From Sphagnum compactum (lineage: Eukaryota): a DNA stretch of 64,000 nucleotides. The stretch is taken from NCBI GenBank assembly GCA_965153455.1, contig OZ234494.1:2914001-2978000 (forward strand). Direction: 5' to 3'. Below, one piece after another: positions 50,716 through 64,000 of the stretch (positions are counted from its first letter, which is position 1; the number at the start of each line of letters is the position of its first letter). A model generated the notes under the pieces. The model saw only the letters and a program-made list of their open reading frames with translations, had not been told where the DNA came from and ran no database searches. The position numbers were made by a program, and so were the translations under genes.

Positions 50716-51025
50716 AATTGCAGAGAAATCTCTCTCCACAAACAACAATTTGAAAAGGTCACGTGACAATGAGTGTAGTCATAACCTTATGAGAGTTGCT
50801 CACAAAGGTGTCAGACCCTCAACCTTCATCACAAATAACTGTGACAAGCTGCCATGACTTCTACCCACTGAATTCACCAGCTCTTGACAGGAAGGTGGTT
50901 GTAGATAAGTATATAATGATCAGCCCAAAATCTGGTGAAAACCATTATACAAAAACTGCATACCGTGTTTCTGTTACATTTCCAGAAGCAACAAGAACAT
51001 TCAGTTGTGATATCAGAAAGCACTG
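50716..51025 (-). ncRNA. Candidate structured noncoding element, copy 3
   Basis: Collinear with 31497-31790 (gacaatgagtg.agtcataacc..atgagagt.gctcacaaag, ccttcatcac, agctgccatgact, tacccactga.ttca.cagctc, aaaccattatac). Confidence 0.45.
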
Positions 51026-51767
51026 AAAACAAAATGATATTAGAGTGTGTACCACAGGCAGTAAAACTGACACCTCTAACTACACATGTATGATGCAACA
51101 ATAAGCATTGAAGATCACAGAAATCACATCAAAACTGAACAATCCAGAGCAATGAGCACTGGAGAGGTTAACTCAGAACAATAGTTTGTTGAGCTCCATG
51201 AAGATGAATTTCCAAGCACTCTCACCCCCAGGAAATCATGGCAGTAGTAGCTCCAATCCCCTAGAAGCCAGAGAGACAACACAACACAACACAACATCCA
51301 TGCCAAACGCACAGATCAAAAGAGTGCTGACTATGCTCTCATTTTTGCAACATATGAATTGCATGGCAGTAACTCCAAGTCCTGGAAGAAAGAAGGACAC
51401 AACATTATCCATGGGCAATAAACAGGATCAAAAGACTGCTGGATATGCTCTCATTTTGCAAGATATACAATCAAGCTTATCACTGACATTGAAGCTCATT
51501 CCTTAACCAACTGATTCCCGAATGTTGTGCCGGGAGCTAGCTATGGAGAGATTTCACTGACCTCATTGAGATACAGTCACATCTTCCGCTCCCCACCCCG
51601 CACTTCAGCAGACTCGCTGGCATCCTCATCTTTTGCAACTTGAAGGAGACACCATGGCGTCGCCCTTTCTCCCTACCCCCTACCTCCCCTTTCACGGCAT
51701 AACGATCTCTGGATGCTGCTGTCAAAAGCAAAGGAGAGAGAGGAGATCTGTAGCCAACAGTACTGTG

Positions 51768-51800
51768 AGGCCCACTAAACCCTAAACCCTGAACCCTAAA
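51768..51800 (+). promoter_or_regulatory. Site II plus telo-box module upstream of the Fcf2 gene
   Basis: AGGCCCA (51768-51774) followed by AAACCCTAA (51777-51785) and further ACCCT(A/G)A repeats; typical of plant ribosome-biogenesis gene promoters. Confidence 0.65.
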
Positions 51801-52161
51801 TCTCAACTTCAATTCTCGCAGCCCTACAAAGCTCCCATTTGTATCCTACATCGTCCAAATCTTGGCACGAGATTTGAAGATCTTCTTTCTTTGATGGACA
51901 TATTTGTATCTTCTTTGATGTCGCGTTTGCAGGTGTGGGAGGTTTTTGTTTTGGTGTGTTTGTTGTTGTGAATTCCAGGAGGTTGTTTGCTGGCGAGGTT
52001 CTGGAGCTTTTTTATGTCTCCTTTGTTCTGAGCTTTCTTCTGGAAGCTCTGTTTTGCTCGGCCTTATTGTGTCGAGGTGTCAGGAGTCTGTTGCAAAGTC
52101 TCGCAACGTTGGGTGGGGGGAGAGAAAACTTATCATTGAAGTTTCTGGCTGCGGAGAAGAG

Positions 52162-55100
52162 ATGCCGCCTGAGTTACGGCCGCGGAAGGAGACTCCGACT
52201 CCGTCAAAGCCTGCCCTGGCTCGTCGCTCCAGGAAAACGCCATTGAAGCTGGCCGATTACTTCGCTGCGCCCCCCGCGGGTACCGGTGTGGAAAACAATG
52301 ACAGCAAAACGGTGGAGAAGAAGCGAGGCAGGAGCAGAGCGAAGAAGGAACCAGACGAGATCCGACACGATGATGATAGCATTCAGCTGGACTCTGCTGA
52401 AACTCCCAACATAAGCTTGGAATTGGCGGTCTGCCATGCGAAGGACAAAGAAGACAGGATGGAACCGATCATCGAAACTCCGTCGAAGACTAGGGTCGAC
52501 AAGAACCTTGGTGCGGAGGACTGTGGTGTGGAAGAGGACAAAGGTGAGGTGGTGGCGTCGGCACAGAAAGACAACAACAACAGTTGTGCTCCGATGTCGA
52601 GGCAGCAGCGGAGGAGGGAGCTTGACCTGAACAAGAGTTTGGGAAGTTGGCCTCAGCAGCTGGAGCAGCGGGAGAGTAGGAGTCAGACGCTCTCGAAGAA
52701 GAAACAGATGGTCGAAAATGAAGTGGAGGTGATTTGTCTCGACGATGATGACGATGATGGCAATTGTGACAATGGGTCTGTTGAGAAACTGCATGGCAGG
52801 ACGAGAGTGCAGCAGCAGTCATGTAGCAACAAGCCTGATGAAGCCCCCAAACCCTCTCTAGGGTTTTTCTTGGAGAACACAGATGAGGGTTTGAATGCTG
52901 CTGCTGTCGGAGTGGGAGTAGAGAAGGTAGTGGAGCAACCCAAGGAAACAGATGTTGAAATGGCAGTAGTGGAGCACAGCAATGTTGGCCAAGAAGAGGC
53001 TGTGGATGTTGTTGAAATGGCACTAAGGAGGCAGCACTCAAATGCAAGCCTGGAAGAAGCCTCTGTTGAGCACTCAATGGATATGGAGAAGGTATCAATG
53101 GGGCACACGAGTGCAGTGGAGGTTGTTGAAATGCCAGAGGGGCATGCAAGTGCAGGTGGAAAAATTCCAGGTGAGAAACAAAGTGAGAGAGGTACAGGAC
53201 ATGCACTACTACCAGGTGATGGGGAAGACACCGAGACCGAGGTAGTAATAGCACAGAAGCAAACAGAAGAGGGAGTAGTTCAGGAATCTGAGATGATAGA
53301 GGAAGAGAAATTGGAGGTTGAGGACTCACAGAGCAACAGACCTGAGAATGCCCACATGACAGTGAAGGAGCTGCCTTCATCAGAGCGAGAACATGGAAAC
53401 AAGGAGGTAAATGATAGAAATAGTGGTGTATCAAGTGAGCAGATGGCAACATGTTCAGATGATGTGGAACAAGCGCAAGAAGACTCAACGCCTGGGAATG
53501 AAAATCAGGGAGATTATCAAGCCATGGTTGATGGAACAGGAGGAGATCATCTCAAGGAGAATGCAGTCAAACAATCTGAATCTGCTATGGTGCAAGATGT
53601 CCAGGTTGGTAGACACATGGTTGTTGGGGATAGAAAACATCCTCTTGAGGAGAATGTGAAGGAATATCCCATTGACTTGGTTGACAGGGAAGGACACGAT
53701 CATCTCGAGGAAAACCCAAAGGAAGATTCTCCAATGTTACAAGATCCTCAGGCACATGAAGTAATTAGTAGTATAGTGTCAGAAGAGCATGATACTGTTC
53801 ACTCACATGCCTCCCTGGTAACAGAGAGGATTAACAATCTCCAAGCAGAAGAAATTTATGAAAAAATGCTGCCATCAGAGGGACCTTGTACTGGTAATTT
53901 ACACAACTACCCACTGTCAGAACTCACACCAGAGGTCCAGGAACGCAAGGTTCTTGAAGGAGGAACATTAACAGAGAATGATGCTGGGGACTCACATGAC
54001 TCCTCATCAGCAGGGTCAGAACCTGAAGATGAGGACGTTCAGGTTCTGAATGGAATAGGTTGTGAAGATGAAGCTAAGGATGGTGAAGACAACCTTGTCG
54101 CATCTTTTGAGAATAGGAAAGCAAGTGAAATAGAAGACAACACTGACAGCAACGATGAAGATAGTGAAGAGGAAGAGGATGACACAGAATTGATAAAGCT
54201 GGTTGCTAAGTCCCTGAATACTCATCTCAAGCAAGAGAACGCAAGGTACAATGCATAATTAGGTTTTGGTCAGAGAAGTCTGAATCTCTTTTGCTGCATT
54301 CTGTCTTTCTTCACTTACACATCATGATATCCACTCTAATCAGAACTTCAATGTTTGCTGTACAGTAGAATCTACAATTTTTTCACTGAATGTGTAAAAG
54401 GTTATTGTCTGTGGGAATAGGGTGGGAAGCAAGGACAGAGTGGATCCTTCAAATTCTACCTCGAGGACAGATGGGATTGATGAAGTGATGTATATTGATG
54501 ACTCCAGGGACAGAGAGTAAGTTTCCCTCAGAGCCTGTTAGATTGTGGCGTAAGTGTTCCTTCTTTCATACTGAATTGCAATTGCAATTCCTTGTGACAG
54601 GCTTCAAAGTTATAATCTTTCTTGGATTGGCTTCCCGATCTCTTAAAAGTCATATTGGAATAGTTCTGCCCTTCATGCCCTGCAGACATTGATTGAGTAC
54701 ATTGCACACCTTGTGAGGCAATTGAAGGTCTTGAGTTCAAGCCCAGTCATGGGTTCTAACCTCCTAATTTGAATCTAACTGTAGGGCCTAGTTGTATTTG
54801 CATAGTTCTGTCCTGTGTGCCCTTCAAGTTTCTTTGGTAGCTCTTTTATGGGCAGGGACTGCTTGCTGGACAAGTTTGTGTTTCTAACCAAGCACAGTAC
54901 ATCTGATTTTTTTCATGTCTCAAGTTGCCTGGGTCCTGTGTTTTGTTTGCAGTGCTGCTGAAGCGGCAGCAGAGGCCATGCATATCAGGTGGGTCCCAAA
55001 GACTGGTTTGCCAATGATAGATGGTAAGGGGGTGGCAGATAGCTCAGGCCAGAGAACCAGTAAAGGTATATCTGAGAAAAGCCTGGACAGGAGCGTTTGG

Positions 55101-56474
55101 AGAGGAGAGAAAGATTTGGAGGATGGACTTTTGGTACCCTCACTTGACCCACGAAAGCTGAGGAAACTTGCAAAGAAGACAGCGAAAGATACAGCTGGAT
55201 CAAAATGGTAGGAACTCTGTCTCATGTTCTAATGTTGATATTGTCTTTTTGGTCTTTAGTTTCCTTGCATCTAGATTTCTGCCAAGCTAGCAGACTAGAA
55301 CATAGTACTATTTCTTTGAACTATTCTCTTTCAGTCTTGCAGTTTCTCTCCAAATGAGGACAAAAGTTGACAAAGTGCATCTTTAGATGCAATCTCAAGG
55401 TGTAAATGGGGGAAATAGATTCTACTTTTACACTAACAGTTGAGGACTCCTGTACTGCACTGCCTGAAGATGACTTTAGCTGTGATTCCATACTTCACAG
55501 TTTAGTGGTGAAACTTGCAGTTAAACATGCCAGTTGTTTTGACTCCTTGTACTTTTCCTCACACCCATCACAAATTGTTTGGAACTACTTAAATACTGAT
55601 CTCTCCAATGAGTGTGGGACCAGGTTTGATATGCCCGCACCAACAGTCACACCAGAGATTAAAAAGGAGCTGCAGCTTTTACAGGTTTATCCTAAACCCT
55701 AACCATTAGAGAGCCTGCAGTTTAAGAATTTGTTGTTGAATAGCAGGTAAAGAAGTTGAGAGAGTTGGAAGTATATGACTTCACACTATCTGTTTCCTTT
55801 ATAAGCTCAAGTGTTTTTATGAAAAGTAGCATGCTAAATGCAAGTGGAGTGATTTGGTGTGTGCAGCTAAGAGGTGTCATGGATCCAAAACGCCATTACA
55901 AGGCCAGTGACATGAAGGGCATACCAAAGTACTTTCAAGTAAGGTTTTCAGACCTCATCATGGCAACCATCACTAAGCAGGATTTTTTCTTCCACAAGTT
56001 GTGTGGTGCAAGTGTTCATGGAAATCATCATTCTTGCCTTGTGTTTGCAACTCCTGCAGATTGGAACAGTAGTGGAAGGAGGTGCTGATTTCTACTCGGG
56101 AAGGTTGACAAAGAAGGAACGCAAGGGGACATTTGCAGATGAGCTTCTTGCAGACACATCTCTTAACTCCTACAGGTATGGACACTTTTCCAGTGTTTTC
56201 TGCAATTACTTGCCTGCAGGGAAGAACCATCAGAGCTTACAAGCAGAGGAATTGTGTGAATTGCCTAGGGGGTTTTTGATTCAGTTTAAGGATTTAGAGT
56301 ACTTGAGGAAAAAGATTGCATTGATTGACCTTCTTCTGAGCAGACAAACAATTTTGTTTTCCTTGTTACAGAAAGCGGAAGTATAAAGAAATACAAGAGG
56401 AGAAGCAGGCTGGTGGCAAAAAGTTTTGGAAGCAGAAAAAGAACCGGCAAAAGCCTTCATGGGCAAAAACATAG
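52162..56474 (+). CDS. FCF2: Fcf2 pre-rRNA-processing domain protein with long acidic low-complexity N-terminus (DNTTIP2-like architecture)
   Basis: Exons 52162-54245, 54953-55207, 55624-55684, 55867-55938, 56060-56175, 56372-56474. C-terminal KDTAGSKWFDMPAP..KKELQLLQLRGVMDPKRHYK..PKYFQIGTVVEG..DFYSGRLTKKERK.TFADELL. Confidence 0.9.
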
Positions 56475-57377
56475 CCAATGTAGGGCAACCCTTTCACTTC
56501 CAAAAGTTCACCTTCAAAGTTTCTGTAGCAAAAGTTCTGCTTGGAGACACACAGAAAGATGCATTTGCATCTAACCATGTTGTAGAGTGTGTTGCCTTCG
56601 TATTGAAATTCATTGAGATCCTTATTGCAGGAAAAGAATTTTTCTTTGATGGAAATATAAAACTAGTTTCACAAGAATTTTCTCTCCTTGGCGTGTGCCC
56701 ATGGGAGCAGCTAGATTTGAGATGAGAAAGAGAGAGCACTCTGCACATGACCACTGCTGCTCTTGGAGACCCATGTGAAAGCTTGAAATAGAGAATGGAG
56801 AGGCATCTACTGTTTTTCAAGGAGCTTATTCACACCATGACCACCTACACTACAATCTTCTAGAGCTCCTTAATGAATACACAAATGCTTCTATAACACC
56901 AAGGATAATATTGTGAGTGAAGTCAGAACTGATGATTGATTTTGAATGAATTGCACATCCCTTTGACATTTTAAAATCCTTGATAAAGATATATGGTCAT
57001 TGGTATTTCAATGAAGTAGTCACAAAGAGAGAAGATAGATCAAAAAGTCACATACACTACATGACCTGGTCACAAATGCAACAGGTCTGATTTGCCAAGA
57101 ACTGAAAGTCCTTCAAATATCTGATTTGTAAGATACAATTGCAATGATGGTAATAAAAATTATGGTGGCTTTCAAACCCAAGTATCTAACTACTAAATGA
57201 AACTCCATTGCAATCATATGTTTCATTGCAGTTGTTGTATTTACATAAAAATCACAGGCAATACAAACATCACAATTAGAGAAAACTTTGAAAACTCTTT
57301 CATCCCTATCCCAATGATGGCTTCAGTAACATAAGACTGTAGCAAGCTTCATCTCAGCCACAAACATCCAAACATGT

Positions 57378-60337
57378 TTAAGATGCACAATCAGCACCCA
57401 ACACAGCACCAGAATTGTTTACAATTTTTGCTGCCTGCATTAAAAGCTCCTCCTGTGCCACTAGGTAATCATCTGTGCCCTGCATTGCACCAGCCAGCGT
57501 TTAGAACATCATTATAAACAGCACATATAACACACACACACAACTTAGAACAGGTATAGAAAAGGAGGTTAGCAGTGCATTACCATAGGCTTTAGATTGC
57601 AGGTTATGGCAATGATTAAAGAAGATGGTCCCACTTGTGAAACATGGCACCGTGGCTTCTCTTTCTCCAAAAAGACCCTTGGGTGAGAGTTCAACATAGA
57701 CCGGATGTTTGCAGTGATGGAAGGGATCTTGTCAAAGTCCATCAGTCGAACTGGCAGATTCAGAGACAAGCCTCGCCACTGTGCACGAGATTTGTTTATT
57801 ATCACCTGCCACAAGATTGAACCACCACAAAATCTCAATTATGTGACACTCCCAATTTGAAAAGTTCTGGAAATTTCTCAATAGGTTAAGCTCACTGGAG
57901 CAAGAAGCATTTTCCCTTCAAGCCTAAGTATCTTGCACACAAGCTGACTAATACAGACAACATCAGATGACCAAATCTGGCATCACCCAGCAAAAACAGT
58001 ATGGGGTATAAAGATTTATCACCTGGTTAGAGAAATAGGAATTGGGGACTACTATGGGGAACTTGTCAGAATTGAGCAACTGAGTTGAATGAAAGCCCAT
58101 CTCCACCACCTGACCACTTACAGATCCCGCCTGGCACAAGGAGCTCAATTCAGCCACAAAAAAGAATAAAAGGACCTGCAACTTATGCCAATTTAAAACA
58201 TTTCTAACTTGCAACTTGGACATGAAGGCAAGGAGAGTATGAGCACACAGCTGGTAGATAGAAAGCTGAAGGTGACGGGTACATTGATACTGTCGCCCAC
58301 AGTAAAAGGTCGTGTGAACTGTATAAATACACCACTCAGCATATTACCCAGTATATCTCTTGCAGCAAATGCTGTGGCCACACCTGCAGCCAATGGGAAA
58401 TTTCTTTCTTTAGTGTGCTGGGTCTTACCCACATTGCAGACCAGACATAAATGGTTGCTTCATCAAGAGGGTTTGATGGTATTGAACTAGAGACATCCAC
58501 CTGAACAAATGACCATCCACTACCAGAAAACAGAATGTAAAGCAGAGGCCAGAGTACACAAGCATCGAATGAAAAGCAAAAGTAGGCAGCAAATTCTGAA
58601 TAACCAGAAGAGAAAGTGAGCAGATAAGTTAACATGAGGCTCAAAGATTTTCATATCAAAAAAACACTAGTACATTCCTTCTTCCTGACCAGAAAAAAAG
58701 AAGTTGCTACCACCTTCAATACACCCAAGAATCACTAGCAAACCTTTCAGTTTTTCCCTCACAGCAATCAGGAAGATAACCATATCATCACATCATTCTG
58801 AGTTTTCTCTTACCTCCTATTCCACCAACTGTCAAAACTGATTGAACGGCCACACCACAGGCTTCTGCAAATGCCATGGCCCCCAGCACCAGCAATCCTA
58901 TTGAAGATATCCGGTCCATTAGCAGATAGCGCTCCCTTTCACCTCCTGCAGTTGTCTTCCCAGCAACAAGGTGTGCAAATACATTGCTCTTCCAACGGTA
59001 TAGGAACCAGATTATGCTGATCACTGTGGCCCCACTCCATATCCTTGTGAGGTAGTGGGCTCCAATGGATGTGGGTGCTACAATATAACCCCTGATACGC
59101 ATGCACAACAAAATTGGGACTGGCACTGAAAAATCTGCAAACCTACTTTAGGAACTGCAATAGAGAAGTGAGACAAATCACAATTGAAAGGTAGACAGCC
59201 TCTCAAACACATTCTTCACTTCATTGATCAATAGTCTGCTGTTTCTTTCCAGTGTGAAGAAGAAGCAGAAGAAGAAGAATCACATATAGTCTCCCATTCC
59301 TGTTCAACAATGGTGCATATGTACACAAGACAATATATTTGTGCTTGTCAGGGGCACTCACTCATACAAGGTAAGCTTAAAGCATCACATTTTCCACCAT
59401 CTGGTCAAAAGCTTAAGCTCAATTGTGGGTTTAAGGGATGAGAGACTCACAAGTAGCTGAATGTCACAACTGTTGCAAGCAGGCGAGCAGGCATCTCAAG
59501 AGCTCCAAAAACACTATCTTTATACTCACTTTTCTCTTCCAGTGTTCGTCTGAGCAAGTGAGCTGTGGGACCTGACTCTACATAAGAATGCAGTGTGCGC
59601 AGAACTCTTGGCAAGACAAACCAGGCTGCTAAAGAGACACCAACAGCTGCACTCGCAGGTGCCACCAGCTGTGCTATAGATTCCGTTCCTGAGGGATCCA
59701 TCCACTTCTGCAACACAGGAACCATCTCTCTTGCAGACTCTCTTGCTGCCTCCCAAGCTCCTACCAACATGTCACCCATTGAATTCAATCCTTTCTGCAC
59801 ACTTTCAGATATGTTGGCGGAAGTTCCTGTTTCTGCTGTTGTTGCAGAAACATCAGGAGAGCTGGAAGCTGCAGGAGGTGAAACTGGACCAGTTCTTCCT
59901 TGTCCAGGAGAGCCACTGGCAACATCTCTTGCACTTGCAGCAAAACTCCGGTGTCCCAGTGGTAAAGTACTCCAACCACTTTGCAATGCCAACTGTTGAT
60001 GGTAGATTCTCTGCTTGTATCCTCCAAGAGCATCATCTCTTGCTTCTGCCACAGACATCCGACATGGAACCCCCTGTGCTTCTTTGGGTGTCAACCCAAT
60101 GGTAGAACCATGGAATGGTTTGGCGACAGCAGCAATCAAAGCTCTATGCTCTGAGATGGCAACAGATGCATGATAGCTTCGCAAAGAGAGAGTCGGAATG
60201 CAGATAGACGAGGAGGACCCATTCAAGAAAAACGCCGAAACTGCACGCGGAGCACACAGACCGTTTTTCTCAGGGGAAGTACAAATGCATCTGGTGAGAG
60301 AACGCAGTTGCAATGCCGACGACGAAGACAGCCCCAT
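57378..60337 (-). CDS. MSL1: MscS-like mechanosensitive ion channel, MSL1-like (probably mitochondrial)
   Basis: Exons ~60337-59451, 59091-58813, 58383-58283, 58130-58023, 57805-57584, 57480-57378. Motifs GVAVQSVLTVGGIGGVATAFAARDILGN, PFTVGD, GQVVEMG, VPNSYFSNQVIINKSRA. Confidence 0.93.
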
Positions 60338-61339
60338 TCTTGTGAATTTACCCAGCTTCAGAAACAGCCAGAAGTTTCCCCTGCATCCATCCTTGCGCTA
60401 CCTCCACATCCGATCTCTTCCTTCTTCACGATGGCTCCACAGAAGAAGCTGGAGCAGAACAGTACATCTAGAGGTTCCCTCCTCTGATGCAACAGATCCC
60501 TAAACCCTAATCCAAACCCATCACAGATTCTTCTTCTTCGTCACGCTGGGCAGCTTAGTAGCAATCATCATCATCATCATCCGCGAATTGCTCTTGGATT
60601 TGCGCGGGCGGACAGCTCTTAAACCCTAATGGGAATGCGAGACACGGCATTGCATCCAAGTGGAAGGCAAATCTACTTTCGACGTAAGCAGCATGCACAG
60701 CTGCTTTCAGCTCACTGGTCGCAACCCACGGGTTCAATGCCCACCTTGCAGCGATCACGTTCCGCTAAGTTACCCCAAATGAATCCCGCTGCATGATGAC
60801 ACCCACCACACTCCCCCAATCCTCGGCTTGTGAATTTTCGGGGAGGAGGGGGAAATGCAGGCAACGGCAGACATGAATCTCCTGGCAATCCACAAAATAC
60901 AACGGGTGGGTCCACATGCGCGAGAGGCTATCATCATCATCATCATCAGAGAGGCTCTATCTGGGTACAACAAGAATCCTCCAGTGTTATGTGCGGTCCC
61001 TAGGTTCTAGAAGGATCCCACCTGTGGATCCCATTCTTAAATGTTTTAAGGACCCGATTCTGGTTCAGATTCCCATTTTTTTTTTTCCAAAATGGGGATT
61101 CAATTTGGATTCTGATTTCATAATTTCAGCAACCGAAATTGGTTTTGGTGAAACCCTGCCAAACTTAATAAAAAAAAGCACACCAGAAAAGGACAGAAGA
61201 AAAAACAAGGGGCAAGGACCAAAGTCTGGGCAAGCAAACAGCCCAAACGGGAGGGGCCCCACAAGGAGGAAAGGGAACCCCTAAGAACTGAACCCTCAAC
61301 TAGTCGCCTGAAGAACATCAAATAAAGAGATGGGAGATA

Positions 61340-63790
61340 AACCCCATAGAACTGCAAGCCTAGTTGAACCCTCCCTTGCAATAATAGGTTGTTTTAAGAT
61401 GGAGGCAACATGCGCTCTCTATAATGCCACCGACACTTTCTGTTTATAAAAAGAACGCAACATTGATAAAGGAGGGCCTCCAATGCCCTTTGATGTCCAT
61501 GCCATGTTAGCACATCGATGAAGAAAGTTGAAGGCTTGCTAGTGAAGACACACAAAACCCTTTTATGGCAAGAGGGAGAAACACATGCATTGGGTAACGG
61601 TCATAATAAAGTCCTTTCACCTAAGCTGCCAATGTTGCAATCACCCCATGAAAAAAGAGCTGCCCATGATACCAAATATGCTTGACTAGGGTCAACAATG
61701 ATGACATTGACCAATGTGCAAATGCCATCAATCGATAGAAAAATGTCGATCTGTCAATGACAAAATTGAAAAACAGGCAATGGAAGAATATGGGTTTGCA
61801 ATCGCAAAACATGAAACCTTGCATCTCTCACAATGGACGTAAAAACATCCCAATCGGCATCATGGGATGCAATCCTCTACCCACCATGGGTGCAACGGAA
61901 GAGGTGGATCCCCATGGGGTCGAACATTTGGCCATAGATGCAATGCATCAAACTAAGAGCTAGAGGATGGGGGGGGGCCTAATTGATGCAACGCAAAAGA
62001 AAAAACATCTGAAGGTAGATGAAAGCATGGGATGACAAAACGAACATACATCTAAGCTCCCACGTTCAGCCCTACATAAGACCTTAAGCATGCTCGATGC
62101 GAGTCAAAAGACATGTCAAAGATGATGCTTGAAAAGGAATGGTTGGGTAAGTTTTCTAAAATAGTCTCTTGAAGTCGATATGTTCCCCCCTTTTACAAGT
62201 TGTTCGAACAAGGGTAGACATGTTGTTTCAACTAGGGGAGAAGTTCCTGAAACAATTTCAAGTGCGTCTAGAAGGGGAGTGAACCCCAACTGCTCGCCCA
62301 AATAGCCTTTAATAAGAATAACATGAATTGAACAAAAATCTAGAAGTAATGATAGGCACTACTACCACCCAACTCCCCAACTTAAAAAGTCACCAATGAA
62401 ATGGTCATTATTAAGATGAGGCCTATACCTCTACTAGAAATGGGGAGAGAAACTTGCCAACACACCAAAATGGCCTCTGGACACTCAAGAGAATTTGGGC
62501 CTAAAAGCCTCTTGAAAACCTACATGAAGGATGAGTTGAAGGAAGCGAGCTAGTGCAGAAGCTCAAGAGGGGTGGGAAAGCACACGGCAAATAAGGTGTT
62601 TTCTTTGTTATAGAATTTCTCTTCTTTGTTTCTAATTCTCTTTTACAAAAATCATCAACGGGTGAATTTTATCCCTAATCTAAAAAAATATGGAAACAAG
62701 AACATAAAGATTTTTTTGCTTATTCACAAAGAACAAAATTAATATGAATTCCCACACATAAAATCAAATAGGAAAAAACTTCAAAAATTTCAAAAGTGTA
62801 GTGATTCATAAAATCAAAAACTCCAAAAGTTACAAAAATAAAAAGAGATTTTTATTTCATCTTTAAAAATCCTCCTATTTGCACTAAGTCATAGTGTTGT
62901 TTCAACTTAAATAATCACTAGCCAATACAAACTCAAATCAAAGTAGGAATTAATGGTCACAAGTTTAAATCAACATGTTTTATCATTAACCGGTTACTTG
63001 TTCACATTACAAATTGATTAACTTAAGGATCTGTTATCCAGTAATAACTAAAATAGTCTCAAAAATGGTATTGCCTCATCAGTTATTAGTTGGTACAACG
63101 GGTTACTATATAAATAATGAAAAATTGGGTTAACAAAAGTCTATGTGCGAAACATCGAAAAAGGATCTCAACAATAACCTAAACATCCCCCAACTTCAAA
63201 ACACATCTACATGGCAAACATCTTCATCCAAAACATCATGCAATAAGGAAAAGGAAAGTGACATAGAACCAAAGGGGACCCCTAAAACCCTATTGTTGTC
63301 AAGAGGGCAATAAAAACCATGAAAAGGTTAAAACCAGTTGGCAAACTAAAAGGGGATTAAGCCATTTATGGGGTTGGACAATTAAACCCACTAAGGCCAA
63401 CTAGGAAGTAAAATGGTCAAAAACGAGGGGAACGAAGGAGGCAAGGTTGAAGATGTGATTGTCATCTATCAACAATGGGAAGAGACACAAAGAAAAAACA
63501 CCAGAAGAGGTTTGCAAGGCATGGAAATGAGCTAGAGCAAAAAGAGGTTTGGTAAACATGTCGCCTTGATGCATTCCCATAGACCAAAGGATAACATGTA
63601 ACTTTCCCTTGAAGGAATGATGATTAAATAACAAATGCAACTACTAAGCATAAAAAAAACGAACAAAAAGAAAGAATATAAATAATTGGCCTCCTGTTGC
63701 ATGAAGTTCCTAGAAACTGGCCTTACGCAAGATGGAGTCAAATGTGTTCACCATGTTCATTTGTAACACCACCCAATCGAGATGTCTAAA
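61340..63790 (-). mobile_element. Degenerate RLE-type (CRE-like) non-LTR retrotransposon remnants, interrupted at ~62330-63350
   Basis: 63401-63640 gives RT-like GMHQGDM...LFALAHF...LIDDNHI. ~61690-61920 gives GIHLFRCTHGG*RIASHD (Zn knuckle) and RQIDIFLSIDGICTLVNVIIVDP (restriction-like endonuclease motif). Confidence 0.65.
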
Positions 63791-64000
63791 GTAGTTCAAA
63801 TACCATGCACCATTGTCTCACACCTACCCCTATATGCCACACCAAACAAATGAGGCAACAAATGAGAAGAGAACACATTTTGGAACTAAAAACACAAGGC
63901 TCTACTAACCAACTGGTAGAGGACCTTGCCCAAAAGTTTGGCCAAAGTCAAAAACCTAACAACACCAAGGATGTGAGCAATGGACCCTAGGAAACAACCC

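Noticed and set aside
51775-51800. CTAAACCCTGAACCCT resembles the plant telomerase RNA template region
   Set aside because: No USE/TATA upstream and none of the other conserved TR blocks. It sits next to a site II motif before a ribosome-biogenesis gene, so telo-boxes explain it.
52204-53488. Long antisense ORFs (196, 332 and 182 aa)
   Set aside because: Shadows of the Glu/Asp-rich Fcf2 exon with no recognisable domain.

Overview
Eukaryotic plant nuclear DNA, AT-rich with intron-containing genes. The gene and repeat style suggest a bryophyte such as a peat moss, but that is inference. The left 22 kb is nested transposons. A ~10.5-kb non-autonomous Helitron (3740-14216, minus strand, both termini visible) carries a captured, intron-containing RPA70/RPA1 gene fragment. 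A full-length but stop-riddled Ty3/gypsy chromovirus (4931-10946) is inserted into that fragment; it has a probable self-priming PBS, a -1 frameshift signal and a 4x155-bp internal array. Further Helitron termini occur at 134, 3739, 33625 and 33626; the last element carries a RepHel helicase C-terminus and a captured UTP12/WDR3 first exon. A U4atac minor-spliceosome snRNA gene with USE+TATA promoter lies at 22188-22347 (-), head-to-head with an AT5G59960-like gene. Other apparently intact genes encode an F-box protein, plastid RPE, plastid PDH E1-beta, an Fcf2-domain protein with a ~700-aa acidic N-terminus, and an MSL1-like channel. An unrecognised ~290-nt multi-hairpin noncoding element recurs at 31.5, 32.2 (partial) and 50.7 kb with apparently conserved minus-strand structure; it is the best candidate for a previously undescribed RNA. 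Family assignments are from recalled motifs, not database searches.
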